Source: Deltaproteobacteria bacterium
GTDB taxonomy: Bacteria > Myxococcota_A > Polyangia > Fen-1088
Direction: 5' to 3'
Length of the DNA stretch: 64,000 nt
Assembly (NCBI GenBank): GCA_033763315.1
Contig: JANRKS010000031.1
Location: 224,001 to 288,000, forward strand
The position numbers and the translations under genes are program-made. Under the pieces are notes generated by a model, which saw nothing but the letters and a program-made list of their open reading frames with translations, was not told the origin of the DNA and did no database searches. Shown in pieces: positions 10,266-19,663 of the stretch; position 1 is the first letter of the stretch, and each line of letters opens with the position of its first letter.

Positions 10266-12606
10266 TAGGCTTTGGGTCGTTCACAGGGATGGATATGACG
10301 TCCTGCTTGTTGGTCGATAGGCCCTTGTGCAACCTCACCCGGTATTGAAGGGGGCCAGATAGTAGTGACCGAGGGTCCTCGGGTGCGAATGCGATTGACA
10401 TAGCCATGGAAGTGCCCAAGTGCCTTCTAACTACAACGACCGGTGTATAGGCGGGATTGATTGTCCAGTCTTCGATCCATTCGCTTAAAGGAGGCACCCA
10501 TGGATGCTCAGAGAGTATTTGGATCGCGCCAAGTTTGGCGTCGCCACGACGAACCTCCACGTCAAGCCTGTCGTCCCAGTCTACGCTGGGGAAATCTACG
10601 GCGATCCCACCTTGTCCATCGCTCTTGGCTGTGAATGCGCAAAGCAAACCATAGAGCGTGCGCAACTGCTTTTCTAGCCCCTTGGATCCCTCAGCCCATT
10701 CGCTAAAGGTTCCCAGTGCCCATTCGGGGTGAACATCGTTCCAGAAGCTTTTGCCGTATTCTTTGCCAAAGATGCAGTGCTCAACGAAGTTTTCCAGATC
10801 CGAATTTTTGAGCATGACCGTCAGAGCCGATGTCAACAACATCACTCCCGCGGCAGCCATCGCCACCGGTGGGTTGACCCAGCCCACAGCAGCGAGCCCG
10901 TGCACTGCGCTCGCGATGCCCGAGGCCAGCGCCGATGCCCCTGCGCCGTATTCACCCGTTTCACTCGCCAACTGCCATCCTTCGAACACGCCGGCAGCGG
11001 CGTCCAAGAATGCTCCCGCAAAGGGTGCGGCCTTTTTTCCTCCAACGCCCAGCAAGGCTGGCCCTAGCGATTGACTCTTGGCCATCCTCTCCCAGGCGTA
11101 CATTTTGAGCATGCTGTTCACCGCGCTAAGAGCCTTGAGCTGCTCGTAGGTTTTCAGCTTTGGCTTCTCCGAATACTCGTGCAACGTCCAAACGTAGTAG
11201 AGCGTGTCGACGGATTTCTTAAACACGTCCAGCGCCTTCACCTTTAAGTCGGCTTTGTAGGCTGCTTCAAACTTCTTAACGGCGCGGGAATTTATTCTTA
11301 AGAGGTTTCGTTCGGTGGCGTAGTGGTCCACAGCCGCATAGAACCGTTCATTGCTTGCGAGCGCCTCCGCGGGTGAAGCATTTTTCGCAACGAGGAAGAC
11401 ACCGGCGTCTAGATCCTCATTAATCTTCGCAAAAATCTTCTGGATGCCATCCACCGACAATTGTGCCCCCTGGCGCGTGGCACTGGACAGCAGCAAGGGC
11501 GCCAGGGCCGTGACGTAGTAGGCCAGCCCGGTGACAGAACGCCTCGCAACGTTGAAAGACTCGCGCGAGGTGAAGGCGTTGGCAATGGGCGTCGTATAGG
11601 CCTTGATGAAGTCCGCGAGATAATTGGGTGGTTCTGTTCCCAATTCCTGACCTGGCAGAGATTCCAGCACCTGGTGAAGCGACGGCCCGGTTTGCACCAT
11701 CCAGTCACCAACGCCGTCGGTCTTGTCGAGCTTGTACAAGGCGTAAAGCAGCTCCATCGGCTTGGAGCGCAGCAGTGCGCATAGGCGCAATGCGGTGCGA
11801 TCTCGCTGAACTTTTCGCTTGTTGACCTCGGTGTTGAAATCGAACCTTACATCAAACGGTTCCTTTGCGCTTCGCAGCTTGTTGAGGAGCTTAGGAGAAC
11901 TGCGTGAAAGGTCGATAATCGCATTGGCCAAAACGTACTTTGTAATTCGGTCCGCGACCACCTCCCTATTTTTGTCGTCACCGCTGTTCGGTGGAACCAA
12001 GAAGTCATCGTAGTGCTGAAGTGCCGCTCGAAACTCAAGCGACAGATGCTCAGCTACCGAGATCAGGTCCATGACGGGAAGCCCTAGGTCGCCGTCCTTC
12101 GACTTAACGAAGATGTTTGGGTCGCGCAGATCTCGAAGGAGGAACGTGGTGCCTTGCCATCCCACACACTCGGCATAGTTGGCTGTGCCAATCCATTCGA
12201 AACGGCAAAGCAACCGCAAGGCTGCGCAGGTTAGCCGCGTTCGTGAACAGAAGAACCACCACCAATAACGCTCACCGTTTATGAAGACCGGGAATCGTTC
12301 CACCATGCCGATGTTTTTCCCAGGCGGGCACTTGGCAGGTTCCGTCACAAGCCGTTTGGCACCGTCGACCTTGAACAGGTTTCCTTCTGCATCGGCAAAA
12401 TACTCTGCGTGAAGAGAAGGTCGCTTCGCGTGACCAAAACGGAAGGCATAGATATACTTTTCGCCTCGAATCGAATGACGTTCGTGCTCTTCGGCGAATA
12501 GCGGCGCTTTCTGCCACGCTGGATCCGACGATCCCACCTTCGGAAGGGATCGGTACGAACGAGGCTCAACGAAATGGATCCCCGCCTTTTCTTCCGTGCC
12601 CTTCAT
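10192..12606 (-). CDS. Putative T6SS effector with hydrophobic C-terminal helices (VasX/colicin-like pore former)
   Basis: Directly downstream of the PAAR-like gene (ATGA overlap); Gly/Ala-rich TM bundle followed by DLENFVEHCIFG. Confidence 0.55.
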   Translation of the reverse strand: MKGTEEKAGIHFVEPRSYRSLPKVGSSDPAWQKAPLFAEEHERHSIRGEKYIYAFRFGHAKRPSLHAEYFADAEGNLFKVDGAKRLVTEPAKCPPGKNIGMVERFPVFINGERYWWWFFCSRTRLTCAALRLLCRFEWIGTANYAECVGWQGTTFLLRDLRDPNIFVKSKDGDLGLPVMDLISVAEHLSLEFRAALQHYDDFLVPPNSGDDKNREVVADRITKYVLANAIIDLSRSSPKLLNKLRSAKEPFDVRFDFNTEVNKRKVQRDRTALRLCALLRSKPMELLYALYKLDKTDGVGDWMVQTGPSLHQVLESLPGQELGTEPPNYLADFIKAYTTPIANAFTSRESFNVARRSVTGLAYYVTALAPLLLSSATRQGAQLSVDGIQKIFAKINEDLDAGVFLVAKNASPAEALASNERFYAAVDHYATERNLLRINSRAVKKFEAAYKADLKVKALDVFKKSVDTLYYVWTLHEYSEKPKLKTYEQLKALSAVNSMLKMYAWERMAKSQSLGPALLGVGGKKAAPFAGAFLDAAAGVFEGWQLASETGEYGAGASALASGIASAVHGLAAVGWVNPPVAMAAAGVMLLTSALTVMLKNSDLENFVEHCIFGKEYGKSFWNDVHPEWALGTFSEWAEGSKGLEKQLRTLYGLLCAFTAKSDGQGGIAVDFPSVDWDDRLDVEVRRGDAKLGAIQILSEHPWVPPLSEWIEDWTINPAYTPVVVVRRHLGTSMAMSIAFAPEDPRSLLSGPLQYRVRLHKGLSTNKQDVISIPVNDPKPINGSLNRVQVPRTGRLLSQRHNVP

Positions 12607-13448
12607 TCAGCCTCGTCCGTAGACTCAGGGGATTCAACGTCTGGTTCCAATTCAACCCTGGCAACCGATGAAACCTCACTGCCCGCCAATTGTGACGGGA
12701 AGTCACCGAATTTCTGATGCTCCGCAAGAAGGGAGGAGGGCACGTTAGCAAATAGCACCGAATCCACCTCGCTTTGGACCATGACCTTGAGAGAGTACGT
12801 TTTTGCAGGAAGCACCTTGGTGAACTTCAAAACGGTCAGGCCACCTTCGGTGCCACTTTGTTTTCCGTTCTCCCTGTATTCGCCGTCACTGCTGAGCAGC
12901 TGGTATGTCGGTGCTTGCGCTTGCTTGCCGCTGAGATCTACGAAGATTTTGTAGTCAAAGGGCTTGCCATCTTCCTTTCGCTCTTTGGGCTCAGGGATCA
13001 ACGGTCCCTTCGGCATTGCCATCTTCATTGAGCCCATGTACGTGCCTACGGCTTCGCCCGGCGAGGGAGCCGCGTGGTTGTGGGTCATCATGTCGAGGTG
13101 ACGGGGCACTGGCTCGCCCTCGATCTTCACGTTCATGGAGAAGCTCGCGAAATAGGCCTTGCCTTCAACGACGTGGGTCACGATACCGCCGCCCGTGCTA
13201 CGGGCCATGGCGTTGCCGGTGGACTTTGCAAAATAGGACGACTTCTTGGCCACAGGATTACCGTGAATCTTCACGCTGGTGGCTCCGCCAGCCAGATCCT
13301 TGGCTGCGGCAATGTTGGGAAGGGGCGTCGGCACCGGGCCCGCAGGTGGCGATGGCGGGCATAGGTTCACGTCTGGGAACGCCATGGACTTCCCCGGGCT
13401 GCCTTTGTGAATGGCGGAAAGCTTATTGATGAACACATCGTCGGCCAT
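12603..13448 (-). CDS. DUF4150 PAAR-like spike-tip protein with C-terminal extension
   Basis: AFPDVNLCPP..GPVPTPLPN, SMNVKIEGEPVPRHLDMMTHN motifs. Confidence 0.9.
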   Translation of the reverse strand: MADDVFINKLSAIHKGSPGKSMAFPDVNLCPPSPPAGPVPTPLPNIAAAKDLAGGATSVKIHGNPVAKKSSYFAKSTGNAMARSTGGGIVTHVVEGKAYFASFSMNVKIEGEPVPRHLDMMTHNHAAPSPGEAVGTYMGSMKMAMPKGPLIPEPKERKEDGKPFDYKIFVDLSGKQAQAPTYQLLSSDGEYRENGKQSGTEGGLTVLKFTKVLPAKTYSLKVMVQSEVDSVLFANVPSSLLAEHQKFGDFPSQLAGSEVSSVARVELEPDVESPESTDEAE

Positions 13449-13458
13449 GGCACTTCTC

Positions 13459-13938
13459 CTAATTGATCTCAACCGTGCCGCCGCGGATGCGGTTGGCACC
13501 CTTGGCACGGGTTTCCACCTGCACTCCGCGCACGATGACCCGGCCGTTCTTCATCAAGGAGATACAAGCATCACCACATCGCAGGGTCAGCTCCTCGTTT
13601 GCCACGAGTTCGACGCGTCGACCGTCGACGTGCACGTCCAAGCTTTCGTTTGAGGCCTCTGCCAGCTTAGGCGCCAACAGAGCGGTGATGATAGGGACGC
13701 CATCACGGGTAGTTACCACAAGTGCTTCGGCATGGTCCGCGCAAGCCTTTTCCAAAGCACTGCGCCCGATGGCGTTCGACCACCGTGCGAGCTTTGGGTC
13801 GCCTTCATGATTCGGGGCTATCAAAGGGCCTTCTTCGGTCCATTTGTGCAGCGTCACGATTTCGGGTCCTGGCGCCGCGTCTCCTTCAAGAGGTACCGCC
13901 GCAGAGTCCATGAGTTTTAGTTTTGGCTTCATGTGCAT
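13459..13938 (-). CDS. DUF6484 T6SS-associated protein
   Basis: VDGRRVELVANEELTLRCGDACISLMKNGRVIVRG...NRIRGGTVEIN. Confidence 0.8.
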   Translation of the reverse strand: MHMKPKLKLMDSAAVPLEGDAAPGPEIVTLHKWTEEGPLIAPNHEGDPKLARWSNAIGRSALEKACADHAEALVVTTRDGVPIITALLAPKLAEASNESLDVHVDGRRVELVANEELTLRCGDACISLMKNGRVIVRGVQVETRAKGANRIRGGTVEIN

Positions 13939-13943
13939 TTCCC

Positions 13944-16355
13944 TCAATTTTCCGTTCGTAGATAGATGCCCCACGACCCGGGCGCTTTCATAACTATGGC
14001 GCGCGCATGTTCGTTCGCTGCTTCCAACTGTTCTCGCTGTTGTGCAACAGTCGCGTCAGGTTCAACGAAAGGCCGGACGCCAAACACGCAGCCGAGTTCG
14101 TTAGCTAACGCCACTCTTAGCCGCGGCAACACCCACGGCAATGTAAGCGCTTCGACGGCAACGCGTGCATCGAGCGGACGCCCCAGTCTGTATCTTACGC
14201 CCGGCTGTAAGGGTGCGTTTTCGGCCAAGCGTTCCGCCCAAACGGCTGCGGTTTGACACAGGCGCACCTCTTCAGTTCGCGTGACACCGACGGTTTCATC
14301 GCCCGCTTTGCGTCGTTCAAGCTCGTCGGCGAAAAGTTCAACATCCGGCGCGCGTCTTACCTTTTCGATGGTCTCCCAGAGCTCGACACCCGTCAACAAT
14401 GCAAGGGCGGACGACGCTTCCCTGACCGTGCTTTCATGTTCGAGACCGAGCAGCAAATGCGGAAGCGCTGCAGGGTCGCCCAAGATGCCCAAGGCAAGAT
14501 AGAACGACGGCCGCAGCTTGTTCGCTTCTGCGTCGGCCAGCAGTATGGACACGGCGCGTGCGTCAGCCGTGTTCGCAAGCAGCAAGGGCACACTGCGCGC
14601 ATTCTCAAATACGAAGGGGTTGGCGGCCGAAGGGTCTAGGTACTGCCACGCGAAAACAGCGGCGTTCAAGACGGACGCATCGTCGGTGGCCAACCAAGGC
14701 TTGAGCCATTGTACGTCTCCTTGGTTGCATACACGCGACATCGCGAACGGCACCTTCCAGTCAAGTGCCTTAGGATTCTGTGCCGCTTTGACAACCAATC
14801 CTCGAAAGGTCGGATCTCCCGAATAGCCTGCAAGCGCCGCGGCGACCTGGGTCCAATTCGGATGGGCGGCAAACCGCTCCACCAGCTCTACGTATTTCGC
14901 TCCGGTGAACGTGTGCCGACACGCCTCCATCAAGCTCTCGAGGTGTTTGCTCGTGGATAGCGCCGTATTCGACGGCACAGGCTCCGATGAGCCTTCTGTC
15001 CGTTGCAGGGCCACCCGTGCACCCCAGTACGTGCCCAGGCTGGTGCCTGCTTTCAACGCTGCCTCGGCTCCTGCTTGGCCGAGCTCTCGGCACACCACCA
15101 ATGCCTGGACAAAACGGTCGATGCGCCGCTCAAGGGACGCCACGCTTGTCCAGTCCGGCAGCCCCTCTTGGGCCTGTCCCACCACGGCCGCGCGCTTGCG
15201 TTCAATCAACACGCCGAGCTCGGAAATCATGTCTTTCACGATCGCTTCGTCGTGCCGAGCGAGCACTGATTTAACCCGTGAACGACGAAACCAGTTTTTC
15301 TGTGCTTGGGATATGGGCGAAAGCCAAGCGGCGCCTCGCTGCTTGCCGTCCCCCGTGGTAGCGACCAAGCCGTCACCTGTGTGCCACCCCGCGGCCAGAT
15401 GAGCCGCCGCCAACGCCATCAAAGCCAACGGTGTGGCGACGCCCAAATCTCCTTGATTGGTGGCGGGGGTCACCACTTCAACATCCGACTGCAGCTTTGC
15501 TGTCATCCGCGGCGCTGAGAAGGCCCAATCATCGCTGCGTAGCCGTTCGCCGTTGAGATCCGAGAGAACCGCCGCAATCATGGGCGTGCCTTCTTTGGTT
15601 GCAAGCCCGATGGCCCGCGTGAGGTCTGCGCCCGCGACGCTTGAAGGTTTATCGCCGCCACCCGCTATGCCTGCCCCCATCACTGCCGCCAAGGGCGGGC
15701 ATTGTTTGGCGAGAGGATTTTGGGGATGTATCAGCACCAGGCAAGCAGCGCCTTCACCCGGCACGAGGCCCCAGGGGCGTGCCTCGGTGGCCAAGCGCCT
15801 CGCCTCTACCAAGTGATCCATGGCATCATCACTCACCAACGTGTCGCAAGCCGCGACGATGGCCACGCCGTGTTGAGGGTTAGCTGAAAGAAACGCTTGT
15901 GCTTCCACAAGCATGCCAAGGGCGTTGCTGACGGCATCGTCAACTAGCCTCACGTTCGTCGCGGCCACACCAGGCGCAGCTTCCAACAATATCCCTGTTA
16001 AATCAGTGCCCAATGTTTCATCGAAGGGAGGCCTGTTGGCAGGAATCCTGAGCCACGCCTTACAGACCTGCGATTCTGAACGAAGAGTGGCGGATCGCTC
16101 CACGGCCTCGGTCACCGCGGCCCACAAAAACGCACGCAGGCGGCTGTCGTCAGAGCCGTCGTCGGGGAAATACGTGGCGCGGGAAACGCGTGTGCTTGAT
16201 GGCGTGGGCTCACCGGTGTCGGGATGAAGGAAGATGCGACTAAGACCCGCACGAACCGCAGCGACCTGCACAGCCAGGGTGCCGCCCACGGCCGAGAGGC
16301 TTCCGGCGCCTATGATCACGGCCGGTGGCTGATTCGCAGGTGACACGAGGGACAT
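13944..16355 (-). CDS. Fusion of thiolase/ketoacyl-synthase-like (PRK06147-type) and TIGR02270 HEAT-repeat T6SS accessory domains
   Basis: N-half: AVRAGLSR, GLVPGEGAACL, SDLNGE, GDLGVA. C-half: HEAT-like repeats, ALGILGDPAALPHLL, RYRLGRP. Confidence 0.75.
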   Translation of the reverse strand: MSLVSPANQPPAVIIGAGSLSAVGGTLAVQVAAVRAGLSRIFLHPDTGEPTPSSTRVSRATYFPDDGSDDSRLRAFLWAAVTEAVERSATLRSESQVCKAWLRIPANRPPFDETLGTDLTGILLEAAPGVAATNVRLVDDAVSNALGMLVEAQAFLSANPQHGVAIVAACDTLVSDDAMDHLVEARRLATEARPWGLVPGEGAACLVLIHPQNPLAKQCPPLAAVMGAGIAGGGDKPSSVAGADLTRAIGLATKEGTPMIAAVLSDLNGERLRSDDWAFSAPRMTAKLQSDVEVVTPATNQGDLGVATPLALMALAAAHLAAGWHTGDGLVATTGDGKQRGAAWLSPISQAQKNWFRRSRVKSVLARHDEAIVKDMISELGVLIERKRAAVVGQAQEGLPDWTSVASLERRIDRFVQALVVCRELGQAGAEAALKAGTSLGTYWGARVALQRTEGSSEPVPSNTALSTSKHLESLMEACRHTFTGAKYVELVERFAAHPNWTQVAAALAGYSGDPTFRGLVVKAAQNPKALDWKVPFAMSRVCNQGDVQWLKPWLATDDASVLNAAVFAWQYLDPSAANPFVFENARSVPLLLANTADARAVSILLADAEANKLRPSFYLALGILGDPAALPHLLLGLEHESTVREASSALALLTGVELWETIEKVRRAPDVELFADELERRKAGDETVGVTRTEEVRLCQTAAVWAERLAENAPLQPGVRYRLGRPLDARVAVEALTLPWVLPRLRVALANELGCVFGVRPFVEPDATVAQQREQLEAANEHARAIVMKAPGSWGIYLRTEN

Positions 16356-16358
16356 CCG

Positions 16359-18470
16359 CTAGTTCTTGAGAACATTCGGACCTGAAAGAATCAGATCCCC
16401 ATCCGCTCTCGCCGTGAGCCCACCCTTAGACTTGATCACGACGTTTTTTCCCTCGATGACGACGTCGCCATCCTTGCTGAGCATGATGCTCGACGAGCCG
16501 CACTTGAACAGGATGTTTTCCTTGACGACCACTTCAAGCGTCTTGCCGACATTCAAGACCTCTTTGCCCGATACCTTCGACTCGTGATCGCCCGTGAGTT
16601 TGAGAACCAAGGGTCCCGTGACATCACTGTGGTCACCTCCTTCGGTGATGGTGAGCGTGCGTCCCTTGCCGATGGTTTCATCTTGTTTACCGACAACTTC
16701 GATCTTTTCGTTCTTGCCCACCGTGTGATGGTTTTGGCCGTCGATTGTCATCACCGCGTCACCATGAATTTGCACGGTGCGATTGAGGTCAACGGTGAGT
16801 ACATCATTGCCACCGTCGCCGTTTTCGCCTTTGAGCACGTGCTCGGTCCGGTCCCCGTAGATCGTTGACTGCTCGTTGCCATCCACGGTTTTGCTACGGT
16901 TGTGGCCAACGTTGAGGGTCTGGTCATGTTTGACGAGAGTCTTATGGTCACGCTCGGCCTGAACGTAGAGCTCTTCGTGGCCCTTGCGGTCCTCGAAACG
17001 AATCTCGTTGAAGTTATCCGCGTGGCCCTTGGGCGAGCTATGCGTCTTGACGCCAGATTGCGTGGCGTTGTCGGGCAGCTTGTAGGGGGGCCGGTTCTTG
17101 CCGTTGTAGAGCCGGCCGACAATGACCGGTCGATCAGGATCGCCATCGAGAAAATCGACGAGCACCTCTTCGCCCACGCGTGGGATCTGAACGGCACCAA
17201 AGCCAGCACCGGCCCATGGTTGCGAAACGCGCACCCAGCAAGACGTGTTGTTCTTCGTCGAATCAGCGTACCGATCCCAATGAAATTGAACCAGCACGCG
17301 GCCGAGGCCATCGGGGTCGGTGTAGATCTCAACACCGGTAGGCCCCGTCACCACGGCACTGTGGGGTCCTTGCATGAGCGGCTTCTTGGCGCGACGTTGC
17401 GGCCGGTATTCACGGTTGGCCGTCATCGCGATGAAGCTTGCGCTAAACAACATCGTGCCGGCCTTTGGGCCGCCGCTTTCGAGGCCGTTTGACTGGATCA
17501 CATAGTCGGCCCGAACTGCGAGAAAGTTTTCGCTTTCCGATACGTCATCGAGCCCACGAACACGAAACGTAGCACCCGGATAAAGACCTCGGGCGTTCGT
17601 CTTGAAGTGGATGAATTCCCGATCTGCCTGCAGCCGTTCAAGGCTTACGGCAATGGCTTGCCGTCCGTGGGTCTCGTCGGTGTAGCCTCCGGGGTAGTCG
17701 AACATCTCAAAGTGGTCGTTCGCGTGACCCTGCGGATCGTTTGCTCGCGTTGCCAAGGCCACCTGCTGGTACTGGTAGTCGTAATCATTAAGCGCAGCGT
17801 TGCCCGGGACCATGTTGCGGTTGACGTCCCATGAGCTGATGTGTTCTTCGTCCCGACGGCCTCCCGTTGGGGGATAGTACGGAATGGAAGGGTAGTCGGG
17901 CGCGGGCTCGAGCTTCGCCACAGCGTCAGTCAACATGATGCTGTGGTGGCCGCCGCTATGGAGGAAGTGATAGTAGATGCCCTCCTCTTCGAGCAGACGC
18001 GACACGAAATTGAAGTCGGTCTCGCGGTACTGCACCGTGTAAGGCCTGGTTGGGAAACCTCCCAACTTCATCTCGATCGAAACGGGGATGCCCAGGTTTT
18101 GCGACACGAGGCCGAAGATGTCCGGGACGGCTTGGTCCGCGAAGATGCGGCAATCGGAGCGGTACTTCATCAGGCCGAGCCAAGGAACCAAAACCGCACG
18201 ATAGGAGAAGTATCGCCCCTGACGCCCCAGACGCTCGAAACGGGTAACGAAGCCGGTGAACTCCCTGTTCTTCAGTGCGGATAGTTCAAGGTTGAGCACC
18301 ATCTCGGTGCCGAGAAGCTGCTCGGCCTGGATGTGGCCTTGTTCGCTAAGAAGCTCCAGGGTGTAACGGTAAGGCTGGCTTAGCTCTTCGCGGCCAGAGA
18401 AGGCCTGTAAGTGGAACCTGACGTCCTCGAGCGCGGATTTCACACTGACTTGTCGTTCGTCCAGAAGCAT
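16359..18470 (-). CDS. vgrG: T6SS spike protein VgrG
   Basis: EELSQPY, VQYRETDFNFVSRLLEEEGIYY, WVRVSQPWAG, PRVGEEVLVDFLDGDPDRP, NEIRFED, gp5-like beta-helix repeats. Confidence 0.97.
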   Translation of the reverse strand: MLLDERQVSVKSALEDVRFHLQAFSGREELSQPYRYTLELLSEQGHIQAEQLLGTEMVLNLELSALKNREFTGFVTRFERLGRQGRYFSYRAVLVPWLGLMKYRSDCRIFADQAVPDIFGLVSQNLGIPVSIEMKLGGFPTRPYTVQYRETDFNFVSRLLEEEGIYYHFLHSGGHHSIMLTDAVAKLEPAPDYPSIPYYPPTGGRRDEEHISSWDVNRNMVPGNAALNDYDYQYQQVALATRANDPQGHANDHFEMFDYPGGYTDETHGRQAIAVSLERLQADREFIHFKTNARGLYPGATFRVRGLDDVSESENFLAVRADYVIQSNGLESGGPKAGTMLFSASFIAMTANREYRPQRRAKKPLMQGPHSAVVTGPTGVEIYTDPDGLGRVLVQFHWDRYADSTKNNTSCWVRVSQPWAGAGFGAVQIPRVGEEVLVDFLDGDPDRPVIVGRLYNGKNRPPYKLPDNATQSGVKTHSSPKGHADNFNEIRFEDRKGHEELYVQAERDHKTLVKHDQTLNVGHNRSKTVDGNEQSTIYGDRTEHVLKGENGDGGNDVLTVDLNRTVQIHGDAVMTIDGQNHHTVGKNEKIEVVGKQDETIGKGRTLTITEGGDHSDVTGPLVLKLTGDHESKVSGKEVLNVGKTLEVVVKENILFKCGSSSIMLSKDGDVVIEGKNVVIKSKGGLTARADGDLILSGPNVLKN

Positions 18471-18667
18471 CAGAGCCCCAATCTCCTTCAAAAACCACCG
18501 AGAATCCACGGGCAATCGCCCCGCCTTGACCGTTATCGGCTTTGGGGCGGGAGATGTTGCTAGAAAATTGAGAAAGTCACGTCCCACGTTAGGTTTTGCG
18601 CAACAATTGGCGGGCCTGGGCCGATAAAACCACCTGGTATCTTCTCCGTCAGCACACCCCCTCTGCA

Positions 18668-19663
18668 ATGTCCGTCCCCCCATTGATTCTTGAAACCGTC
18701 TTCGGCCCGGTGCAGCTGGTGCGCGGCAGTGCGCCATCAGCGCAGAATATGGTTCCGCTCGCCACCGGCGCCGATGGCATTCAAAGGGCGCTGGAAGACG
18801 CGCTGGCTTATGGCGATTCAATGATCGTCATGGCCCTTGCGCTGGAAGCCGGCATCCTCGACAGCGCCTTCGGTGTCGACGATGCCGAAGTGGTACAGAC
18901 GTTGATGGTTGCCCTCGAGGGAGGCCACGTGGTGGCTGTGGCTCCGGGGGGGAACGCGGGCGGGCAAGATCAAGAGGGCGCCGCTGCGTGGTCTGCCTAC
19001 GACGCATTTGCCGCGCGCGTGGGAAAGGAGTTTATGGTTGCCCTACGTAAGCACCGTGTGGTGCCGAGCGGCCAGGTTCAAGAGATTCGGCAAGCGGAAG
19101 ATTACGATGTCGTCGCAGTGAAAGAGGCTGCCACCATCCTCGTTCGTCAGGCGAAGTCATCAGGAGGAAAGCCTTCACAGGCTGCGGCAGAGGCGTTGGT
19201 CAAGCACCTGGTTGATATGCACAGCGCCCCGAGCAAACGCGCGAGCTTCATGCTCTTGCGCGCGCCTCCCTCGGTTGCCGAACGTCTCGCTTCGCCTGAA
19301 GAGGTGGTGACGCCGGCAAAGCTCAAGAAGCTCAAAGAGCAAAAAGAAGCCGTTCATGAGATCAAGCTCGAACAGCGCTATCACGACGATTCGCCAGTTG
19401 TGGGCGCTGCCTTCACGATCGAATTTGAAGACGGCGTCAAGGTAGACGGCGCGCTCGATGCAAAGGGAAAGGCCGTTGTCAAAGGAGTGCCCGATAAGCC
19501 AGGGGTCGTAACATTTGCCCCGGACACGCGCGCTTACGTACCATCGCCGGTGAAACAAGCGGCGCACTATAAGGGCCGTGTTCCAAGCGACTCGGATTTG
19601 GATGAGCAGTTAGCGGCCGCCTTGCGAGAGGGAGCGCACGAGGGGGAGGCCGCCAATGGCTGA
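18668..19663 (+). CDS. Hypothetical protein with C-terminal transthyretin-like adaptor domain
   Basis: C-terminus YHDDSPVVGAAFTIEFEDG..DGALDAKGKA..GVP resembles TTR-like extensions of VgrG/PAAR proteins. Confidence 0.55.
   Translation: MSVPPLILETVFGPVQLVRGSAPSAQNMVPLATGADGIQRALEDALAYGDSMIVMALALEAGILDSAFGVDDAEVVQTLMVALEGGHVVAVAPGGNAGGQDQEGAAAWSAYDAFAARVGKEFMVALRKHRVVPSGQVQEIRQAEDYDVVAVKEAATILVRQAKSSGGKPSQAAAEALVKHLVDMHSAPSKRASFMLLRAPPSVAERLASPEEVVTPAKLKKLKEQKEAVHEIKLEQRYHDDSPVVGAAFTIEFEDGVKVDGALDAKGKAVVKGVPDKPGVVTFAPDTRAYVPSPVKQAAHYKGRVPSDSDLDEQLAAALREGAHEGEAANG

Noticed and set aside
13944-16355. Fatty-acid/polyketide biosynthesis gene
   Set aside because: The thiolase-like domain lies in a vgrG/DUF4150 operon and there are no ACP or PKS genes; this is the T6SS accessory type.
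18471-18821. N-terminal extension of VgrG in the ORF track
   Set aside because: Overlaps the divergent gene; VgrG similarity begins at ATG 18470.
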